A DNA stretch of 64,000 nt from Desulfatiglandales bacterium (GTDB lineage Bacteria; Desulfobacterota; DSM-4660; Desulfatiglandales; Desulfatiglandaceae), in NCBI GenBank assembly GCA_963666345.1, contig OY762721.1, forward strand, positions 1,216,001 through 1,280,000. The letters run 5' to 3'. How positions within the stretch are numbered: position 1 is the stretch's first letter; each line of letters opens with the position of its first letter. The notes under the pieces were generated by a model, which saw only the letters and a list, made by a program, of their open reading frames with translations, did no database searches and had not been told where the DNA came from. This document shows, in pieces, positions 58,540 through 64,000 of this stretch. A program made the position numbers and the translations under genes.

Positions 58540-59451
58540 ATGAAGGCAATGATTCTTGCAGCAGGCCTCGGGACAAGGCTGAGGCCCCTGACCTTATTTA
58601 AACCCAAGCCGCTCATTCCGATTGCAAACATACCCATTATCGAAAGGGTAATCAATCACCTGAAAAAGCACGGTGTAGATGAAATAATCGTAAACACCCA
58701 CCATCATCACGATCAGTTATCCTCCTTTCTTGATAAGGGTCAACCCTTTGGAATCCCGGTAACCATCAGTTTCGAAAATGAGATCCTCGGAACAGGCGGC
58801 GGCCTCAAAAAGACCATGGGATTCTGGGACAGTGAACCCTTTTTCCTTGTAAACTCCGACATACTCACCGACATAGATCTCAGCGCGGCGCTAAAAACGC
58901 ACAGGGAAAGGGGCGCCATCGCCACCCTCATTCTTCATGATTATCAGCAATTCAATAAGATAAGCATTGATAAAGACGGATTTATAATGGAAATACCCCG
59001 TGAACCTCCCTCCAACCGCTCGGAAAGACTCGCGTTCACAGGCATACATGTAATCGAACGGGGACTTTTGGACCATATCACCGGGAATGGGTTCTCCGAT
59101 ATAATCGACTGCTACAGGCATCTCTTAAGAGAAAAAATCCCGGTGGCCGCATGCCTGGCATCAGGGCATAACTGGCGGGACGTGGGCAATATTGAAAGCT
59201 ACATAAAGGCAAACAGAGAGGCCCTTGGCCGGGGGCCTTTTCTTTTCGGTAAGGGATCAAAGATAGATCCGTCCGCCCGATTAAGTGACTGGGCCGTCAT
59301 TGGAGAGGGCGCCGTCATAGAGGCGGGCGTCAGGATCAAACGATCGGTCATATGGAAAAATGCCACGATTGAGCGTGGAAGATATGTCATCGACAGCATA
59401 ATAACAGGCAATGAGGTGGTGGTTAGCGATCTTGAAAACGCACTGTTCTGA
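58540..59451 (+). CDS. Sugar-1-phosphate nucleotidyltransferase (MurU-like)
   Basis: KAMILAAGLGTRLRPLT..PKPL, GTGGG, NSD; adjacent to an AmgK-like kinase and nagZ. Confidence 0.85.
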   Translation: MKAMILAAGLGTRLRPLTLFKPKPLIPIANIPIIERVINHLKKHGVDEIIVNTHHHHDQLSSFLDKGQPFGIPVTISFENEILGTGGGLKKTMGFWDSEPFFLVNSDILTDIDLSAALKTHRERGAIATLILHDYQQFNKISIDKDGFIMEIPREPPSNRSERLAFTGIHVIERGLLDHITGNGFSDIIDCYRHLLREKIPVAACLASGHNWRDVGNIESYIKANREALGRGPFLFGKGSKIDPSARLSDWAVIGEGAVIEAGVRIKRSVIWKNATIERGRYVIDSIITGNEVVVSDLENALF

Positions 59452-59461
59452 TTTCAATCAT

Positions 59462-60475
59462 ATGGATAGGGAATTTAGAAAATTCATACTCGATTTTCTC
59501 CGTGAAAGGGGTCTTTCAGTCGAAGGGAATGAGATTTCGCTTCTCAAAGGGGACGGATCAAAAAGGAATTTCTGGAGGATAAACACCCCTCGTACAGGCC
59601 TCACCGGCTTCATCGCCATGGCCAACCCCCCAAAGGAAAACTTTCTTGAAAAAGAAAATAACGCCTATCTGCATATCGGGACCCATCTGAAAAAATCGGG
59701 TGTCCCTGTGCCTGAGATCTTAAAACATGACCTTGATCAGGGCTGGTTTATCATGGAGGACATGGGCCGTTTCAGCCTTCAGGAAGCCCTGCTGGCATCG
59801 GAAGACCCACAATCCCTTTATGAAAGGGTGCTGGAAGAGCTTTTAAGGCTCCAGATCCAAGGGGCAGAAGGCTTTGACGTCAAATGGTGCTGCCAGACCG
59901 AGGTCTACGACCGGGAGGTAATGATAACTCTGGAATCATACTATTTCAGGGATGCCTTTCTTCATCTTTACATGGGGGTGAAAGAAAAACGGTCTGAGCT
60001 GGAAGGCCCTTTCAGGTATCTGGCCGAGTCGGCATCAGGTGCGGATACCCGCTTTTTCATGCACCGCGACTTCCAGTCAAGGAATATCATGGTCTCATCA
60101 GGTAAAATCGGCATCATAGACTGGCAGGGGGGAAGGCTCGGCCCGCTCGGATATGACATCGCATCCCTTCTCATTGATCCTTATACGGAGCTATCGACCG
60201 GTCAGAAAAAGTTTCTCTATAAACGATATCTCACCATGCTCTGCTGCTACAGCGAAAAATGGGCCGAGGAACTTGACAGGTACTACCCCTATCTGGCCGT
60301 ACAGAGGAACCTCCAGATCCTGGGTGCATTTTCCTACCTGACAAAGGTGGCGAAAAAGACGCATTTCGAAAAATATATCCCTGCCGCACTCAGAAACCTC
60401 AAAGGACTCCTGGACGAATTGGACCACCCTGCCCTGTCGCCCCTAAAAGAACTGGTGGGCAGGCTGGCAGGCTGA
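59462..60475 (+). CDS. APH-family phosphotransferase (AmgK-like)
   Basis: GDGSKR.F.R, MEDMG, HRDFQSRN, IDWQ, YD.ASLL, QRNLQILGAF. Confidence 0.85.
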   Translation: MDREFRKFILDFLRERGLSVEGNEISLLKGDGSKRNFWRINTPRTGLTGFIAMANPPKENFLEKENNAYLHIGTHLKKSGVPVPEILKHDLDQGWFIMEDMGRFSLQEALLASEDPQSLYERVLEELLRLQIQGAEGFDVKWCCQTEVYDREVMITLESYYFRDAFLHLYMGVKEKRSELEGPFRYLAESASGADTRFFMHRDFQSRNIMVSSGKIGIIDWQGGRLGPLGYDIASLLIDPYTELSTGQKKFLYKRYLTMLCCYSEKWAEELDRYYPYLAVQRNLQILGAFSYLTKVAKKTHFEKYIPAALRNLKGLLDELDHPALSPLKELVGRLAG

Positions 60476-60583
60476 AAAATGGATCGGCATCCATTTGCAC
60501 GAAAAATAGAATTGGACAGAAAAGATTCAATTTCCTTATTATAGTACAATATCCGTCAAAAAAATTATCCCGGGAGGCGTATT

Positions 60584-61003
60584 ATGGAAGGATGTGTTTT
60601 CTGCAAGATCATAAGAGGTGAGATACCCTGTTTCAAGGTCTATGAGGATGATAATGTGCTGGCATTTGAGGATATAAACCCGATAACCATCGGGCACACC
60701 CTTTTGATACCCAAAAGGCATTCTCAGAACCTGTGGGAGATATCGGACGGGGACCTGGCAGCCGTTCACAAGGCCTCCAAAAAGATAATATCGGCGATTA
60801 AAAAGACCCTCGACCCTGTCGGTGTTGCCTGCCTTCAGCTGAACGGAAGGGGAGTAAACCAGGTGATAATGCACTATCACCTCCACCTAATACCCAGGCA
60901 GGCTGGAGATCCTGAATTACCGGTTTCAAGCTGGGAATTAAAGCAGGGGGACATGGAAAAGATAAAAGAGACGGCGGAAAGAATCGCTGCGGCGGCACTC
61001 TGA
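60584..61003 (+). CDS. HIT family hydrolase
   Basis: CVFCKI, DINP..GHTL, HYHLH. Confidence 0.92.
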   Translation: MEGCVFCKIIRGEIPCFKVYEDDNVLAFEDINPITIGHTLLIPKRHSQNLWEISDGDLAAVHKASKKIISAIKKTLDPVGVACLQLNGRGVNQVIMHYHLHLIPRQAGDPELPVSSWELKQGDMEKIKETAERIAAAAL

Positions 61004-61049
61004 GCCATAAAGGCCGTCATCATGTTACAGGCAAAAGGGAAAAGACGGC

Positions 61050-61574
61050 CTATTCAACAAGTTCCACATTCCAGTATAGATAGTCCCGCCACGATTGAGG
61101 CACATCCCTCACACCTATGGTAATCCTGAGGGCCGGAAGCCATTCAGGCCTGCGCGGCTTGCGTACCAGTTTCATGCGTGCCTCCGCAGGCGTGCGCCCC
61201 CCCTTCTTTCTGTTACAGCGGACACAGCAGGTAACGATATTGTTCCATATCGTCTTTCCGCCTCTTGACTTTGGTATGACGTGGTCATAGGTAAGCTCAT
61301 CAGGGGGAAAACGCCTTCCGCAATACTGGCAGCTGTATTTGTCTCTCGTATAAATATTCTGTCTGGAAAATTTGACGGGCGTCAGCGGCCTTCTAACCAT
61401 CCTCAACAGGCGTACCACGGCTGGAAGCTTAACGGCAAAACTGACCGAATGGATTTCCCTGCCGTATTCTTCAAGGACCTCTACCTTTCCGAGCAGGAAC
61501 AGGGTTATCGCCTTTCTCCAGTTTATTATCTTGAGCGGCTCATATGTGATGTTGAGTAAAAGGACCTGTTCCAT
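61050..61574 (-). CDS. HNH endonuclease family protein
   Basis: VLLLN..YEP, RD.Y.CQYCG, DHVIPKSRGG...W.N.V.CC..CN..K. Confidence 0.9.
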   Translation of the reverse strand: MEQVLLLNITYEPLKIINWRKAITLFLLGKVEVLEEYGREIHSVSFAVKLPAVVRLLRMVRRPLTPVKFSRQNIYTRDKYSCQYCGRRFPPDELTYDHVIPKSRGGKTIWNNIVTCCVRCNRKKGGRTPAEARMKLVRKPRRPEWLPALRITIGVRDVPQSWRDYLYWNVELVE

Positions 61575-61937
61575 CTATAAGAACCCCGGCTTATCGGTTA
61601 GAATTCCATATTTTTTGGTCCGCACACTTTCGTATCAACAAAACAATTTTCATGATATTTAGCCAAAAATAATCAAAAAATCAAGCATAAAATGAAGCAT
61701 TTTTCAGTATGCGCATTCCTATCTCTTCAGGATCGCTACTGATTTCGGAAGAAGAGATCGGACGCAGTCTTCAAAGAGAAAATAAAAGGCATAGAAACAT
61801 GGAAAAGCAAAACACCCTGTTCAATATGCTGATCAATAATTGACATTTACCCCGGGTTGAAGTGTATAAAAGACCGGCAGGCCCGGTTTAAGGCCCTCAA
61901 AACCACAGACTCAAACCAGATCCGAAACGGTACGGAA

Positions 61938-62789
61938 ATGACATTTCTATACATAGCAACAGGATTGATTCTTCTTTACAGCATCTTAACCCTGATTATG
62001 ACCTATATGGTTCAGAAATTTCCCAGACGGCCCGTGAGAGACGTTCCTGACTGGGGGAACCTGAAAGACCTGGTTATACCGAGTATCGACGGCGGCTTTC
62101 TCGAAGTCTGGGTAGTGGAACCACCGTCGCCTTCTAGAGGGAAAGTCGTCCTGGCCCATGGATGGAGCCGAAACAGGGACAGGATGGTTTCAAGGGCCAG
62201 GGTATTCGCCCGGATGGGCTTTACAGCCGTTCTATACAGCGCCAGAGATCACGGCGGTTCAAGCCCCTGCAGTCTGATGAATGCGTTCAGGTTCACCGAA
62301 GATATGGAATCGATTCTCAAATGGTTGAATGAACCGGTGATACTCTATGGCCATTCCTTGGGTGCAGTGGCAGCCCTTACCGCTGCCGCAAAAAATCGAG
62401 GTCTTGTAAAAGCCTTATTTCTGGAGGGATGCTATGCAAAGACAAAAGAGGCCTTACTTAGTATCTATCGCCGTTACAATCTTGTTTTCGGCATCCTTTT
62501 CGGCCATGCCATAGTCTTCTGGTTCGATCTGTTCACCAAATTCAGGCTGGAACAAAGCAGCCCACTATTCCTTGCCTCCAGGGTAACCATACCGGTCCTG
62601 CTGATCCATGGGGAAGCCGATAAGACGTTTCCTCTTCATCACGCCTGGAGATTGAGAGATGGATTCCCCGGAGGAACTGCAGAACTCTTTGTCGCTCCAG
62701 GTGCCGATCACAGCAGCTCCTCTCTGGCAAAAGGCTTTCCCGAAGCGATCAGGGAATTTACTGACCGCCACTTTCACCATAAACAATGA
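61938..62789 (+). CDS. Membrane-anchored alpha/beta hydrolase
   Basis: N-terminal TM, HG, GHSLG nucleophile elbow, IHGEAD, GADH. Confidence 0.88.
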   Translation: MTFLYIATGLILLYSILTLIMTYMVQKFPRRPVRDVPDWGNLKDLVIPSIDGGFLEVWVVEPPSPSRGKVVLAHGWSRNRDRMVSRARVFARMGFTAVLYSARDHGGSSPCSLMNAFRFTEDMESILKWLNEPVILYGHSLGAVAALTAAAKNRGLVKALFLEGCYAKTKEALLSIYRRYNLVFGILFGHAIVFWFDLFTKFRLEQSSPLFLASRVTIPVLLIHGEADKTFPLHHAWRLRDGFPGGTAELFVAPGADHSSSSLAKGFPEAIREFTDRHFHHKQ

Positions 62790-63011
62790 TGCCTCAATGA
62801 TCTGCATCTATGGATTTACAGCCACTAATAGTTGGAACCCGGCCGGACATAGCGAGGTAATTTCCCAAAAACCCTATCTGTAAAGGACTTTACAGCTTGC
62901 AAAAAAAACTGACAACCCTCCTGTTTGCAGGTACCCTCCGGGACGTCCCTGTTTGACGTCAAAGCCTCTCTTATTGCCGAATTAAGGCCCTACCGTTTCT
63001 ACTTTTTCATT

Positions 63012-63027
63012 TGGCATGTTAATTGCT
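63012..63027 (+). promoter_or_regulatory. sigma54 promoter
   Basis: TGGCAT-GTTAA-TTGCT. Confidence 0.7.
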
Positions 63028-63415
63028 TTTCAAGAAGGACAGTTACGTCAGGATTACTGTTTTAAGGTCTTTCTCCTGTTGGATTAAGTTCGACCTTCAT
63101 CATTAAATGCAACTAAGGCCATCAATTTCGAGCGATGTCCTCAACTCCTTCGAAGTGGATGAGCATCTGTATTTGGAAGTGAAGACTTTGACAAGTCGAA
63201 GTATTGAAGATTGCACTCTCAATATAAGGACCAAAGCGGGCATTAGGCTTCACACCCTGTTGGATAATGACGGCTATTAATAAGTCTCTGCATTTATCTT
63301 ATACGATTTTAAAACTTGACAGTAAGTCAATATGACTTAAATTGATGATTGGTTAGCTGGACAATATTTTTTTAATAAGTAATAATAATTTACTAAAAGT
63401 CAGCGGAGAGTGGAA

Positions 63416-64000
63416 GTGGAAAATCTTGATTTGATAATAAATCCGAAGTCAATTGCGGTTGTGGGAGCGAGCGGGCGTGCAGGAAGTCTAGGGAGGGCTA
63501 TTTTCAAGAATCTTCTTCAGGGAGACTACCGGGGGATACTATACCCGGTGAACCCTAAATCGACTTCGATTATGGGAGTTAAATCCTACGGGAGTCTGAC
63601 GGAGATACCGGATGAAGTAGACATGGCGGTTCTTATAATCCCCGCCGGGATGGTTCCGGATACCATTGAGCAGGCCGCGCTTAAAGGAGTGAAGGGTTGT
63701 ATAATCATTACTGCTGGATTCAAGGAGATAGGCGGTGAAGGTCTTGAACTTGACGGGAAATTGCAGGAAGTAATGAAGCGGACCGGGGTGAGGGTTGTAG
63801 GTCCGAATTGTCTGGGGATTATCAATACAAATAAAGATGTAAGCATGAATGCGAGTTTTGGAAGAGAGATTCCCCCTGCCGGGAACATTGCCTTTGTAGC
63901 TCAGTCGGGTGGACTATGCGCATCTGTTCTTGATTTTGCAGCGGGCAAGAATATAGGTTTTTCAAAATTTGTAAGCATCGGCAACAAAAGCGACTATAAC
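63416..64000 (+). CDS. ADP-forming acetate/acyl-CoA ligase family protein (3' end runs off window)
   Basis: Absent from ORF track; hand translation from GTG 63416: NPKSIAVVGAS...YPVNP...ITAGFKE.G...VGPNCLG...QSG...FSKFVSIGNK. Confidence 0.88.
   Translation, partial: MENLDLIINPKSIAVVGASGRAGSLGRAIFKNLLQGDYRGILYPVNPKSTSIMGVKSYGSLTEIPDEVDMAVLIIPAGMVPDTIEQAALKGVKGCIIITAGFKEIGGEGLELDGKLQEVMKRTGVRVVGPNCLGIINTNKDVSMNASFGREIPPAGNIAFVAQSGGLCASVLDFAAGKNIGFSKFVSIGNKSDYN

Overview
Gene-dense chromosomal window from an anaerobic bacterium; gene content and short intergenic repeats suggest Desulfobacterota (inference). Left to right: (1) a minus-strand, sigma54-promoter-led cluster of glnA, archaeal-type asparagine synthetase, mvhD, metV, metF and two 4Fe-4S/FMN glutamate-synthase-like genes; (2) a divergent aspS::gatC fusion, gatA, gatB; (3) a metallophosphoesterase-nucleotidyltransferase fusion; (4) an acetate activation/acylation cluster with two Acs-type ligases, two CoA-transferase-GNAT fusions that both lack the catalytic Glu, a stand-alone GNAT and a Zn deacetylase; (5) an AT-richer catabolic island of about 9 kb (GntR, biotin carrier, carboxyltransferase, CoA-transferase, TAXI-TRAP, TSUP); (6) housekeeping and accessory genes (YajD, PLP decarboxylase, LysE, PAS-GGDEF, M15 peptidase, PPDK_N-only protein, AsmA, MenA, BirA-BioY-ECF with BirA operator, nagZ/murU/amgK, HIT, HNH) and a partial ADP-forming acyl-CoA ligase. 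No rRNA, tRNA, CRISPR array or transposase was recognised. The most notable non-coding signal is a roughly 200-nt rod-like element present twice, 50 kb apart (7945-8143 and 58227-58424), with compensatory base changes. All calls are by eye from motifs; no searches were run.
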